A stretch of 64,000 nt of DNA from an uncultured Pelagibacteraceae bacterium (GCA_902521615.1 CABYSJ010000001.1:124732-188731); one strand, 5' to 3'. Shown: positions 35,309-44,817, counted from the stretch's first letter. The notes: generated by a model not told the origin, from the sequence alone. A program made the numbers and translations.

Positions 35309-36745
35309 TTACTTTTTGCTAACTTTTTTTGTTTTTTTCGCTACTGGCTTTGATTTTGCCTTTTTAGTTGCTGGTTTTTTTTCTTTCTCAGATTTTGCGG
35401 GAGATTTTCTCTTAGTTTCTTTTTTTTCTTCTCCTTGGCTATGGTCATGATCATGCTTATGAGATTCTTTTAAGATTTTTTCGGCTTCTTCTTTTGAAAT
35501 TTCTTTCTTATTTGCTTTACCTTTTTCTTTAATTAAATTTAAAATTTTTTCTTCATATACAGTCCCTCTTAAACTCGCTAATGCAGATGGATTTTTTTGA
35601 TAAAATTCCATTACCATTTTTTCTTGTCCTGGCATCATTCTTAATTGTTTTTGCACTTCAGCTTGAACTTCTTGTTCTGTTACTTTAATTTGATTTTTTT
35701 CACCAAATTCATTTAAAATTAATCCAGTTTTAATTCTTATTTTTGCTTTTTCTTCAAAGTTTTTTTTATTTTTCTTTGCTTCCTCTTCAGACATACCCTG
35801 AGATAGAATTTTTACTTCTTCTTCAACTAAATTCTCAGGAACTTCGTCTACTTTGATTTTCTCTATTTCTTTTAAAATTTGATTTTTAGATAACTGATCT
35901 AGGGAATTTTTATATTCATCATTAATTTGTTTTGAAATTAATATTTTTAAATCATTTAAATCTTTTGCTCCTAAATTTTTTGCAAAATTATCATCAATTT
36001 TTACTTCCTCTGATTGTTTAACACTTATAATTTTACAATTAAATTTAGCTTTTTTATTTACTAATTCTTTTTCTGGGAAATTTTCTGGCAAAGTTGCTTC
36101 TACAATTTTTTCATCATCTTTCTTAACTCCAATCAATTGATCGTCGAAACCTTTTAAAAATAAATCTTTACCTAACGTAAGCTGAGTGTTCTTTCCCTCG
36201 CTTCCTTTAAAGTCTTTGCCATCAATTGTTGCTTTGTAGTCTAAAGAGACTAAATCACCTTTTTTAGCTATTGTATCAGCGCTTACTTCCTTAAAATTTG
36301 GTTGGTTTTTTGCTATTTCTTTTATTCTTTTATCAGTTTCATTCTCCTCAATTTTAACAGTGTAGTCGTCAAATTTAATATTTTCTAAAGATTTAATTTC
36401 TACTTTTGGTAGCTCTGTAACTGACAAAACATATTCTAAATCTTTGTCTTCACCGTATGTCTTTAAGTCAAGTTTTGGTTGACCCGCTGGTTTAATCTTT
36501 TTTTCTTCCAGTGCTTTAGTTGATGTTTCTTTTAAAACTTTATCTAAGACTTCTCCAAAAACTGCTTTACCAAATTGTCTTTTTAAAATTTCTTTTGGAA
36601 CTTTACCCGGTCTAAATCCTTTAAGATTTACACTACCTTTGATCTCTTCATATTTTTCATCCATATAAGAGTTAATTGTCTCTTTATCGATAAAAATTTT
36701 AAGATCTTTATTTAAACCTTTTTTATTTTCTACTGTAACTTTCAT
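35309..36745 (-). CDS. tig: Trigger factor with His-rich and Lys-rich C-terminal tail
   Basis: GFRPGKVP ribosome-binding motif, FKBP domain; between tRNA-Leu and clpP. Confidence 0.97.
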   Translation of the reverse strand: MKVTVENKKGLNKDLKIFIDKETINSYMDEKYEEIKGSVNLKGFRPGKVPKEILKRQFGKAVFGEVLDKVLKETSTKALEEKKIKPAGQPKLDLKTYGEDKDLEYVLSVTELPKVEIKSLENIKFDDYTVKIEENETDKRIKEIAKNQPNFKEVSADTIAKKGDLVSLDYKATIDGKDFKGSEGKNTQLTLGKDLFLKGFDDQLIGVKKDDEKIVEATLPENFPEKELVNKKAKFNCKIISVKQSEEVKIDDNFAKNLGAKDLNDLKILISKQINDEYKNSLDQLSKNQILKEIEKIKVDEVPENLVEEEVKILSQGMSEEEAKKNKKNFEEKAKIRIKTGLILNEFGEKNQIKVTEQEVQAEVQKQLRMMPGQEKMVMEFYQKNPSALASLRGTVYEEKILNLIKEKGKANKKEISKEEAEKILKESHKHDHDHSQGEEKKETKRKSPAKSEKEKKPATKKAKSKPVAKKTKKVSKK

Positions 36746-36755
36746 AATATCTTAG

Positions 36756-36840
36756 TGGTAGGGCGAAAAGGACTCGAACCTTCACATGTTGCCATATTGG
36801 TTCCTAAGACCAACGCGTCTACCAATTCCGCCATCGCCCC
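36756..36840 (-). tRNA. tRNA-Leu(UAG), CCA encoded
   Basis: GGGGCGA/TCGCCCT acceptor stem, GGCGGAATTGGTAGACGC D arm, anticodon loop CT-TAG-GA, long variable arm; 85 nt. Confidence 0.97.
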
Positions 36841-36941
36841 ACAAATTACGAGGTTTTATATATTATTGAAACTATTTGTCCAATGACAATTCTTAAAAAA
36901 TTATCTATTTATCTAATAAAATTTATACTAATTTATAAAAA

Positions 36942-37193
36942 ATGATTATTTCACCTTGCATAAGCATTTGCAAAACTGATCCATCAACAGGCTATTGTTA
37001 TGGTTGTGGAAGAAGTAATGAGGAAAAAAGACTTTGGAAGCTTGAAGAAACAACTGATGATTGGAAAAAAGAAAATATAATTCAAATTGAAAAAAGGCTG
37101 ACTGGTTGGCAACTTGAAAGTTTTAAAGAATCGTACTCTTACAAAATCAAGAATGGCATGTCTCTTTTCAAGAAAAACTTAATCAAAGAGTAA
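36942..37193 (+). CDS. DUF1289-like Cys-containing small protein
   Basis: SPCISIC...GYCYGCGRS.EE...W pattern. Confidence 0.8.
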   Translation: MIISPCISICKTDPSTGYCYGCGRSNEEKRLWKLEETTDDWKKENIIQIEKRLTGWQLESFKESYSYKIKNGMSLFKKNLIKE

Positions 37194-37201
37194 TATAAAA
37201 T

Positions 37202-37375
37202 ATGAGTAAAGTTAAAATTGTAAGTATTATCTACGCTATAGGTATAATTATTGGTGCTTTATTTTTTGATGTTTGGGGAGCAGATACCACCCCTTTTAAA
37301 ACATTGTCTGTATTTGCATGGACTGTAATATTTATTATAGCTTTATTTTTTGTAGATAAGAATGAGAGAAAATAA
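37202..37375 (+). CDS. Small two-TM membrane protein, 57 aa (below ORF-track cutoff)
   Basis: Manual translation MSKVKIVSIIYAIGIIIGALFFDVWGADTTPFKTLSVFAWTVIFIIALFFVDKNERK; fills the gap between two co-oriented genes. Confidence 0.7.
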   Translation: MSKVKIVSIIYAIGIIIGALFFDVWGADTTPFKTLSVFAWTVIFIIALFFVDKNERK

Positions 37376-37784
37376 TTTTTTAATATTTTTTTTATCATTT
37401 TTTTTAATATCCTTTAATTCCCACTCAGAAATAATTGTGTTAAGCAAATGTGATCATAAAGAGGACGTTTTTTTAAAAAATGAATATATTTTAAATCTTA
37501 ATGAGCTAATTATGACACGTAATTACGTTTATAATGAAAAAACTTATCAAAAATATAAGGTCACTGATTTAAGCGTTAAAAAGAAAAACTCCTATGTGAG
37601 AAATATTTATGAGGAAAATGGAAAAATACTTACATTAAAACATGGGTATCCTCAGTTTTATACTCAAATTTTATTTGAAAAAGATAAACTAGAAATATTT
37701 GTTAAGGCTGTTTTGAATGATGTCGAAAGTTTATCTAAAATCTCTGATTGTAAAAAAATAGAGAAATTTGATCAAGAAAGTTAG
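37362..37784 (+). CDS. Hypothetical exported protein
   Basis: 140 aa, N-terminal hydrophobic signal-like segment, two Cys near the termini. Confidence 0.7.
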   Translation: MRENNFLIFFLSFFLISFNSHSEIIVLSKCDHKEDVFLKNEYILNLNELIMTRNYVYNEKTYQKYKVTDLSVKKKNSYVRNIYEENGKILTLKHGYPQFYTQILFEKDKLEIFVKAVLNDVESLSKISDCKKIEKFDQES

Positions 37785-37918
37785 TTTTTATTTTTTTTTT
37801 CTTCTTTGTTTTTAGTAATAAATTTTTTCTTAAGTTCAAATCTACTATTTGTAATATTTGAACGGTGCTTTGCATATGCTTGTTTTTGTGCTTGTCTCAT
37901 TGCTCTTTTAGATGACAT
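37781..37918 (-). CDS. Small basic protein, 45 aa (below cutoff)
   Basis: Manual translation MSSKRAMRQAQKQAYAKHRSNITNSRFELKKKFITKNKEEKKNKN; stop overlaps the convergent gene by 4 nt, start 11 nt after the upstream stop. Confidence 0.55.
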   Translation of the reverse strand: MSSKRAMRQAQKQAYAKHRSNITNSRFELKKKFITKNKEEKKNKN

Positions 37919-37929
37919 GATAATTTACT

Positions 37930-38487
37930 TTAATATTCAATTTCTAAAGTATCAATAACTTTTAAACTTTTATCCGAAACAACTATCTCTCCAGATGATG
38001 GTGCATAATTTAAAATTTCAGAAATCACTACATAATGTGTAACAAAAACTAAATTTTGATCTTTGTCCCAAGTACTAATAAATTTATCAAAATCGATAAT
38101 TTGCTTTTTTCTATTATTGGCAAATTTTGTACTAAAAAATGAGTTTAGAAAATTTTTAGTTTCATATTCTTCAAAGGCAATAGATGCTGTTTCTTTACAT
38201 CGACACCATTCACTAGAATAAACTTTTCCAATTGAAATTTTATTTTTCTTAAAAAAATTGCCAATTTTTTGTGATTGAACTCTACCACTATCACTTAAAT
38301 TTCTTTGAGTTGTACAATCTTTAATATCGAAATTATCTGGATCGCCGCCACCAGGGGCATAAGCATGTCTTATGAAAATTAATTTTCCACCCTTTTGCAA
38401 TTCATCAATAAAATTTTTTTTTGAATCTGCTTTAACTGAGGGATTAATGCATATAAATATTATGACTAAATAATTTAAAATTTTCAT
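37930..38487 (-). CDS. Histidine phosphatase (phosphoglycerate mutase-like) family protein, probably exported
   Basis: IFIRHAYAPG, QRNLS, YSSEWCRCKETA, LVFVTH; signal-like N-terminus. Confidence 0.85.
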   Translation of the reverse strand: MKILNYLVIIFICINPSVKADSKKNFIDELQKGGKLIFIRHAYAPGGGDPDNFDIKDCTTQRNLSDSGRVQSQKIGNFFKKNKISIGKVYSSEWCRCKETASIAFEEYETKNFLNSFFSTKFANNRKKQIIDFDKFISTWDKDQNLVFVTHYVVISEILNYAPSSGEIVVSDKSLKVIDTLEIEY

Positions 38488-38489
38488 TT

Positions 38490-39170
38490 ATGAATATTAA
38501 AATAGATAGTTTAAATAAAACAATTCTTAAATGTAAAAAATGTCCAAGGCTTGTTAATTTTGTAAAAAAAATTTCAACAGAAAAAAGAAAACAAAACATA
38601 AATGAAACTTACTGGGGAAAACCAGTTACAGGTTTTGGCGAAATTGATGCAAAAATTTTAATAATAGGATTGGCCCCAGCAGCACATGGAGGCACACGAA
38701 CAGGAAGAGCATTCACAGGTGATAAATCTGGAGATTTTTTATTTAAATGTTTATTTAAAGCTAAAATTTCAAACCAACCAAATTCAGAAAATCTAAATGA
38801 TGGTCTCAAATTAAAATCGACATATATAACTAATATTTTAAAATGTGTTCCTCCTGGAGACAAACCTAAAATAGAAGAGCTTAATAATTGTTCAAAATAC
38901 TTTGATAGCGAGATTTATAATTTAAAAAAATTAAAAACTATTATTGCATTAGGAAAAGTGGCATTTGATAATTGTATTAAATTTTATAAAAAAAAACACA
39001 ATTTAAAAGAAAAGATAAAATTTATTCACGGAAAATCATATTTACTACCAGGAAATATTAAGTTAATTGCCTGTTATCACCCTAGCCCTAGAAATGTAAA
39101 TACTAAACTTATATCTGAAAGAATGATTGTAGACTTATTTAAAAAAGCTAGAAAAATATCTATGAACTAG
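38490..39170 (+). CDS. Uracil-DNA glycosylase, family 5 (UdgB-type, Fe-S)
   Basis: CKKCPRL, YWGKPV, GLAPAAHGGTRTGRAFTGD, YHPSPRN. Confidence 0.9.
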   Translation: MNIKIDSLNKTILKCKKCPRLVNFVKKISTEKRKQNINETYWGKPVTGFGEIDAKILIIGLAPAAHGGTRTGRAFTGDKSGDFLFKCLFKAKISNQPNSENLNDGLKLKSTYITNILKCVPPGDKPKIEELNNCSKYFDSEIYNLKKLKTIIALGKVAFDNCIKFYKKKHNLKEKIKFIHGKSYLLPGNIKLIACYHPSPRNVNTKLISERMIVDLFKKARKISMN

Positions 39171-39573
39171 AAGTATAGGGTTGAAAGTTTGATAAGATTT
39201 TTTCTGGAATTTTAATTGGCTTAAATTTTTCATTTATAAATACTAGATGAATTTTAGCTTCTACGATCAATTCCTCATCTTTAAATATTGATTGATTCAT
39301 TAAAAAAGAAGTTTTTGATGTAGAGTCTACAAAAGATTTAATTTGTAAATCATCCTCTAAATATGCAGATTTTTTATATTCAATATTGCACGATTTAACA
39401 ATTATAAGAGCACCAAAATCATTTTTTATTTTTGTATTGCTTAATCCAATAGTTGATAACGCTTCAGTTCTGGCTCTTTCTAAATATTTTAAATAATTCG
39501 CATAGTACACGACTCCACCTGCGTCTGTGTCCTCATAATACACTTTAACATTATGAGTAAAGTTTTTATGCAT
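39160..39573 (-). CDS. ybgC: YbgC/FadM family acyl-CoA thioesterase
   Basis: VYYEDTDAGGVVYYANYLKYLERART. Confidence 0.88.
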   Translation of the reverse strand: MHKNFTHNVKVYYEDTDAGGVVYYANYLKYLERARTEALSTIGLSNTKIKNDFGALIIVKSCNIEYKKSAYLEDDLQIKSFVDSTSKTSFLMNQSIFKDEELIVEAKIHLVFINEKFKPIKIPEKILSNFQPYTSSS

Positions 39574-39630
39574 AAATTAATAATATCAAATAAATAAAAA
39601 TTTAATAGAAACTAAGATACAATATCTAAG

Positions 39631-39768
39631 ATGAAAATTTATATAATTTGGTTAATCGGAGTAATTATATGGAACTTTGGATTTCCAAATGCAATTCCAA
39701 TTGCTGATGTTATCGCAGCTATTTTATTATCGTTTTTAAGTATTGGATTAAAAAAGTATATAAAATGA
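39631..39768 (+). CDS. Small membrane protein, 45 aa (below cutoff)
   Basis: Manual translation MKIYIIWLIGVIIWNFGFPNAIPIADVIAAILLSFLSIGLKKYIK; hairpin of two hydrophobic helices with a WNFGFPNA.P..D loop. Confidence 0.7.
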   Translation: MKIYIIWLIGVIIWNFGFPNAIPIADVIAAILLSFLSIGLKKYIK

Positions 39769-39771
39769 TAA

Positions 39772-40422
39772 TTAATCTGCTGAAAAATAAATATTCTGAA
39801 AATAAGAAATTGATTTCATTTTAGAATTATCAGTATCAGACATTATAGCCAGACCATCTAGTTCATTCACATCTAGATCATGAAATTTTTTAAAATCTTC
39901 TTTAACATTGGCTTTCACTGTTACCCAAACATTCAGATTATCTTTTGTAGTTGCTAATACATTATCTATTGATTTTTTTGTATAAGGGCTTGGCCAACTC
40001 TGGCCAACTACACTATTGCTTGAAAAAACGTAATTAATTGCTCTATTTGAAAGTGGTGTTGCTCCTGTTTTTTTTACAGCAAAGACTCTAGCTGCAAAAT
40101 CATGACCTTTTTTTGAATTCTCATTAATGCCTTGCAAATCTTTCTCAATTTTCCAGGTAATATTAATAAAAGGTGTTTTATTTAGATCGATTTTAACCTC
40201 TTTTCCAAGGCCAGAAGCAGCGTTATCAGCTACGGCTTTTAAAAAATTACCATTCTCATTTGATCCAACAGTATAAACTGTTTTATTATCTGCTCCTCTA
40301 ACCTTACGAACATCGAGTTCTGAAAGCTCTTGCTCTGTAAATTTAAAAATATTCACATTTTCAGCTAGTGCAGAATTAAGAAAAATTAATGATGTAATAA
40401 AAATATAAAAAAATTTAAACAT
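39772..40422 (-). CDS. DUF3047-like exported protein
   Basis: Signal peptide; INITWKIEK, DFAARVF, AINYVFSS, IMSDTDNS. Confidence 0.78.
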   Translation of the reverse strand: MFKFFYIFITSLIFLNSALAENVNIFKFTEQELSELDVRKVRGADNKTVYTVGSNENGNFLKAVADNAASGLGKEVKIDLNKTPFINITWKIEKDLQGINENSKKGHDFAARVFAVKKTGATPLSNRAINYVFSSNSVVGQSWPSPYTKKSIDNVLATTKDNLNVWVTVKANVKEDFKKFHDLDVNELDGLAIMSDTDNSKMKSISYFQNIYFSAD

Positions 40423-40502
40423 GACCTTCTTATAGATAAATTATTTATAAATTCAATATTCAGTCACAATTTAAACATTCTAAATACAAGATTGATTGCT
40501 AA

Positions 40503-40634
40503 ATGAATAATATGAAAATAATTTCTGTTTTTATACTTCTTATCTATTGGTCAATAATAATCACAGCGCCTGTTATGAGTAAAAATTCTATTAAAAATCA
40601 AAATAAAGATATAAAAATAGTTTCAAATTTTTGA
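40503..40634 (+). CDS. Small signal-peptide or single-TM ORF, 43 aa (below cutoff)
   Basis: Manual translation MNNMKIISVFILLIYWSIIITAPVMSKNSIKNQNKDIKIVSNF; stop abuts the convergent SDR stop. Confidence 0.45.
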   Translation: MNNMKIISVFILLIYWSIIITAPVMSKNSIKNQNKDIKIVSNF

Positions 40635-40636
40635 GA

Positions 40637-41383
40637 CTAATATGTGGATCTACCACCACTGATATCAAATACCGCAGCTGTAGAAAAAGTGTTTTCTTGT
40701 GAAGAAAGCCAGCAAACTAGTGAAGTAAACTCATGTATTTCAAGAAATCTTCCTCTTGGCACCTTTGACAGCATTCTTTGTACATGCTCTTTACTCATTT
40801 GATCTAAAATTCTAGTTTTAGCACCTGCTGGGGTGACAGCGTTTACAGCTATATCTTTGTCAGCTAATTCTTTACCCAAAGCTTTTGTCAACCCAATTGC
40901 GCCAGCTTTTCCTGAGCTATACGCGCTTGCATTTGCATTACCATCTTTGCCTGCAACGGAAGCAACATTAACAATTCTTCCATAGTTGTTTTTAATCATA
41001 TTTGGGACAATTGCTCGGCAGCAGTTGAAAGTACCCATTAAATTTATCTGGACTATTTTATTCCACATATCGACATCATACTCCCATAAAGGACCTGTAG
41101 GACCTGTTATCCCGGCATTATTGATTAAAATATCTACATTTGATTTTGAAGTTATGTCTGCAACGTTTTTCTCTACATCTTGATAATTTGATATATCAAC
41201 TATATTGTAAAATAAGTTAGGGTTTTTTACTTCATCAACTGCTGATTTAAGAAGCTTTTCATCGATATCCCATATAAACACTTTAGCACCAGACTCTAAA
41301 AATCTTTTTGCAACATCCAAACCAAACCCTTGAGCTCCACCAGTAACTACAGCTGTTCTATTTTTAAAATCAAATGTGTGCAT
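40637..41383 (-). CDS. SDR family oxidoreductase (start moved to MHTFDF); C-terminus resembles LRA5-like keto-deoxy sugar acid dehydrogenases
   Basis: TGGAQGFG, NNAGITG, YSSGK, terminal DISGGRSTY. Confidence 0.85.
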   Translation of the reverse strand: MHTFDFKNRTAVVTGGAQGFGLDVAKRFLESGAKVFIWDIDEKLLKSAVDEVKNPNLFYNIVDISNYQDVEKNVADITSKSNVDILINNAGITGPTGPLWEYDVDMWNKIVQINLMGTFNCCRAIVPNMIKNNYGRIVNVASVAGKDGNANASAYSSGKAGAIGLTKALGKELADKDIAVNAVTPAGAKTRILDQMSKEHVQRMLSKVPRGRFLEIHEFTSLVCWLSSQENTFSTAAVFDISGGRSTY

Positions 41384-41388
41384 TAAAA

Positions 41389-42846
41389 TTATTTTTTTGC
41401 TAACAAGTAGTATGTTATCCAGGCAACAAATGCACCTATTATCCAAGCATAAGATTGTAAAAACATTAAATTAGTATTCCAAATTGTTGACGCTGAAAAA
41501 ATAAATCCTAATATTAAAGAATAAACACCTTTTATATGCCAACCACCTGAATAATAATAAGCACTCTCTTTGTCTATAGAATATAGGTCTTTATTACTTA
41601 ATTCTTGATTTTTAATTAGATAATAATCAGCTGCCATCAATCCAAATAAAGGACCAAAGAAAGCACCAAAAGTATCAACAAATGATAAAATTCCTATTTG
41701 GCTCAATATAGTCAGCCAGAAGATTGCGATCAACAAACCAAAAAAAGCAATTAAATAACTGGCGCTTTTTAAACTTAATATTGAAGGAGCAAAATTTATT
41801 AGAGAGTATTGAGATGGAATGAAATTGGCAACTAAATTTGTAGAAGCTGAAGCAATTATAATAAAAAATAGAACGACTATTGTTATTTGTATATTATCAA
41901 ACTTTCCTACTATATCTGTTGGATTTGTAAAAATTCTGTCTATATCTGAAAATTTTTGATTAAGAAAAACATCAGACCCTATAACAATGAAAACAGATAA
42001 AAATGAAAAAATAATTAAATTCAAAATTAAACTTAAGTTTCCTTTTTTTAATTCTTGCTCATTTTTTACATATCTAGAAAAATCACCAAAACTAATTATT
42101 AAAATTGAAAAATAGGCAAATATTGTTCCAGCAACAGTCAATAAAGGTGCTAAATTATTAACATCTAAAAAATTATTTAAATTAAAAATATTTGAAAAAG
42201 CTTCAGTAGTTATTTTCACATCACTTAATAAAACAACAAAGAAAAAAATTAACAAACCAGCATAGACTGTCATTGCTGAAAAATTAATTATTTTCTTGTT
42301 GTACTGCATCCCAACAGTAAAAAACAAAGTCTGTAGAATAATTGTGATTATTATTGCAGACCAATCAATAATATTCATACCAAAATAATAAAAAATGAAT
42401 ATTTCCTGCTGCAATAAAGAATTGTCTATAGAAAAAATTGCTATTCTAATTAAGTAAACTAAAATTTTAGATAAAAAATAAGTTTGAATTCCAAATAAAA
42501 ATATTCCAACTAAACTTCTGATTAACCCAAAAAATTTAGCACCATTAAATCCTAGTGAGGATCTAAGCAATACTGCAAATGGTAAACCAAATTTTTGTGA
42601 AGGTTTTCCGATAATGTTTGAAAATAAATAAACAAATAAAGATCCTAATATGATTCCAAAAAAAACTACAAAAATATTTAAACTATACATTAAGTATAAG
42701 GAGGATATTAAAGAAAAACCAATTAAACTTTGTACATTAGCACCCCAAAAACAAAATAGATCTTTCCAATTCCAAGTTTTATAATTTGGATTAACTGTGA
42801 CTAAGTCCCAATTAGATAGAGAGTATTTTACTTTAGGTTGATTCAC
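41389..42846 (-). CDS. NCS1 family nucleobase:cation symporter
   Basis: About 12 TM; LRSSLGFNGA, DFSRY, STNLVANFIP, GPLFGLMAADYYL. Confidence 0.85.
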   Translation of the reverse strand: MNQPKVKYSLSNWDLVTVNPNYKTWNWKDLFCFWGANVQSLIGFSLISSLYLMYSLNIFVVFFGIILGSLFVYLFSNIIGKPSQKFGLPFAVLLRSSLGFNGAKFFGLIRSLVGIFLFGIQTYFLSKILVYLIRIAIFSIDNSLLQQEIFIFYYFGMNIIDWSAIIITIILQTLFFTVGMQYNKKIINFSAMTVYAGLLIFFFVVLLSDVKITTEAFSNIFNLNNFLDVNNLAPLLTVAGTIFAYFSILIISFGDFSRYVKNEQELKKGNLSLILNLIIFSFLSVFIVIGSDVFLNQKFSDIDRIFTNPTDIVGKFDNIQITIVVLFFIIIASASTNLVANFIPSQYSLINFAPSILSLKSASYLIAFFGLLIAIFWLTILSQIGILSFVDTFGAFFGPLFGLMAADYYLIKNQELSNKDLYSIDKESAYYYSGGWHIKGVYSLILGFIFSASTIWNTNLMFLQSYAWIIGAFVAWITYYLLAKK

Positions 42847-42871
42847 TTAATTTATTTTAAACTAATAAATT

Positions 42872-44206
42872 CTACTGTCCATATAAGAGAGTTGGTAGCC
42901 ATAAGGCAATTTTAGGAAATATGATTATTAAAATTAAGCCTATAACTTGTAGAACCATAAATTGCATCATTCCATAATAAATATCTTTTAAATCCCATTC
43001 AGGTACTACACCTTTTAAAAAATAAGCAGACAAGGCTACAGGTGGAGATAGCCAGGCGGTCTGGAGATTTACAGCGACCAATATTGCAAACCAAGTTAAA
43101 TTAAAACCTAAAGCCTCAATTAATGGTAAAAGAATTGGGACAATAATCATCACAATTGGTACCCATTCTAATGGCCAACCTAATAAAAATATTGCAACCA
43201 TAACAATTCCTAGGATTAAATATTTATTCATTTCTAATCCTAACAAAAATTCAGTTAATAAGGTTGGAGTACCAAGTCTTGCAAATACAGCCCCGAAAAA
43301 GTTTGAAGCAGCAACTAAAACCATAATTAAAGCTGTAATTTCTAAAGTTTTAACAAGTGCCTCTTGAAGTTTAGATAGAGTTAATTTTTTATATGCTAAT
43401 GAAAGCAATAAAGCTCCCATAGCACCACAACCAGCTGCTTCTGTTGGGGTTGCAAAACCAAACAATATACTACCTAATGCAGCAAAAACGAGAGCTGCAG
43501 GTGGAACTAAACCTAAGAAAAATTCAATCCAAACTTCTTTCATGCTCGCTGCCCTCATTTCCTCTGGAATTACAGGACCTAGTTTAGGATTTATCATGCA
43601 TCTTATTGTTGTGTAGCCAGCGTATAAACTTGCAAGAAGAATTCCAGGAATTATAGCTGCAGCAAATAAGTCAATTACAGGAATTTCCATAATTGGACCC
43701 ATCACAACAAGCATAATACTTGGTGGAATTAAAATTCCTAAAGTACCACCAGCTGTAATTGTGCCAGCTGCAAGTCTTACATCATAACCAGATCTATTCA
43801 TTGATTTTGCAGCCATGATTCCCAGTATGGTTACTGAGGCACCAACAATTCCTGTTGCTGCAGCAAAGATAACTGAAACAAACAATACAGCATAATACAA
43901 TGCACCTCTTACTCTAGCCAACATCATTTGAAATGATGAGAACAATCTTTCCATCAGTCCTGCTTGTTCCATCATAATGCCCATAAAGACAAAGAGCGGG
44001 ACGGCGGCGAGGGTTTGTTCAGTCATGACCATCGAGAACTGGAGGGTCATTAAATAAAAGACTAATTTTCCAAATCCTAGATACCCAAATACAAAACCTA
44101 AGAAAATTAATGTAAATGAAATTGGAAATCCGACAAAAATTGCAAAAAGCATTACTCCAACTAAAATAAAACCTAAAATGGCCGGATCAATTAATTCTGC
44201 TATCAT
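42872..44206 (-). CDS. TRAP transporter large permease (DctM)
   Basis: LAAVPLFVFMG, AAATGIVGAS, GTLGILIPPS, ATPTEAA, WLSPPVA. Confidence 0.95.
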   Translation of the reverse strand: MIAELIDPAILGFILVGVMLFAIFVGFPISFTLIFLGFVFGYLGFGKLVFYLMTLQFSMVMTEQTLAAVPLFVFMGIMMEQAGLMERLFSSFQMMLARVRGALYYAVLFVSVIFAAATGIVGASVTILGIMAAKSMNRSGYDVRLAAGTITAGGTLGILIPPSIMLVVMGPIMEIPVIDLFAAAIIPGILLASLYAGYTTIRCMINPKLGPVIPEEMRAASMKEVWIEFFLGLVPPAALVFAALGSILFGFATPTEAAGCGAMGALLLSLAYKKLTLSKLQEALVKTLEITALIMVLVAASNFFGAVFARLGTPTLLTEFLLGLEMNKYLILGIVMVAIFLLGWPLEWVPIVMIIVPILLPLIEALGFNLTWFAILVAVNLQTAWLSPPVALSAYFLKGVVPEWDLKDIYYGMMQFMVLQVIGLILIIIFPKIALWLPTLLYGQ

Positions 44207-44817
44207 TCATCTTCTCCTGGCCATTTTCCTCTTGTGGCAGCCCAATAACTTTTAAATAATTCTGAAATACCTTGGATTAGTAAAAATATTATTCCAATAA
44301 GTAGGCAACTTTTAATTGGCCACATATAGGGCATCCAGGTTGTATCCATTCCTCTTTCACCTCTTTGAATAGACTCACCTACATATCCAATAGTCATGTA
44401 AAGAAATACTATTAAGCCTGGAAAATAAAATAAAATATATAACCAAAAATCAATTGTTCCTTGATTTTTAGTTTTAAAATTTCTGTATAAAAAATCAGCT
44501 CTGATATGAACACCTTTAGAAAGTGCATAACCAGCACCCAACATAAAAAGTGCACCATATAAAAAGCGACTTATATCATAAGCCCAAATTGTTGGGGAAT
44601 GAAATAATTTTCTAGCAAGAACTTCATAAGTCATTGCAAGAATTAATGGCATTAATATCCAGCAAACAATGTTACCAACCCATTTGCTAAATTTATCTAT
44701 ATTTACAATTGAACTTGCCATCCATGGTGGCATATCACTTGGCATTTTTCCTGAACCACCTCGCCTTTCGGCAATCATTTCATCTGATATATCTAATTTA
44801 CCTGGTTCGTCTGCCAT
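44203..44817 (-). CDS. TRAP transporter small permease (DctQ)
   Basis: 4 TM; YEVLARKLF, PTIWAYD, HIRADFLY. Confidence 0.93.
   Translation of the reverse strand: MADEPGKLDISDEMIAERRGGSGKMPSDMPPWMASSIVNIDKFSKWVGNIVCWILMPLILAMTYEVLARKLFHSPTIWAYDISRFLYGALFMLGAGYALSKGVHIRADFLYRNFKTKNQGTIDFWLYILFYFPGLIVFLYMTIGYVGESIQRGERGMDTTWMPYMWPIKSCLLIGIIFLLIQGISELFKSYWAATRGKWPGEDE

Noticed and set aside
36756-41000. Integrated element at tRNA-Leu
   Set aside because: No integrase and no duplicated tRNA 3' end found by eye; the flanking genes look chromosomal.
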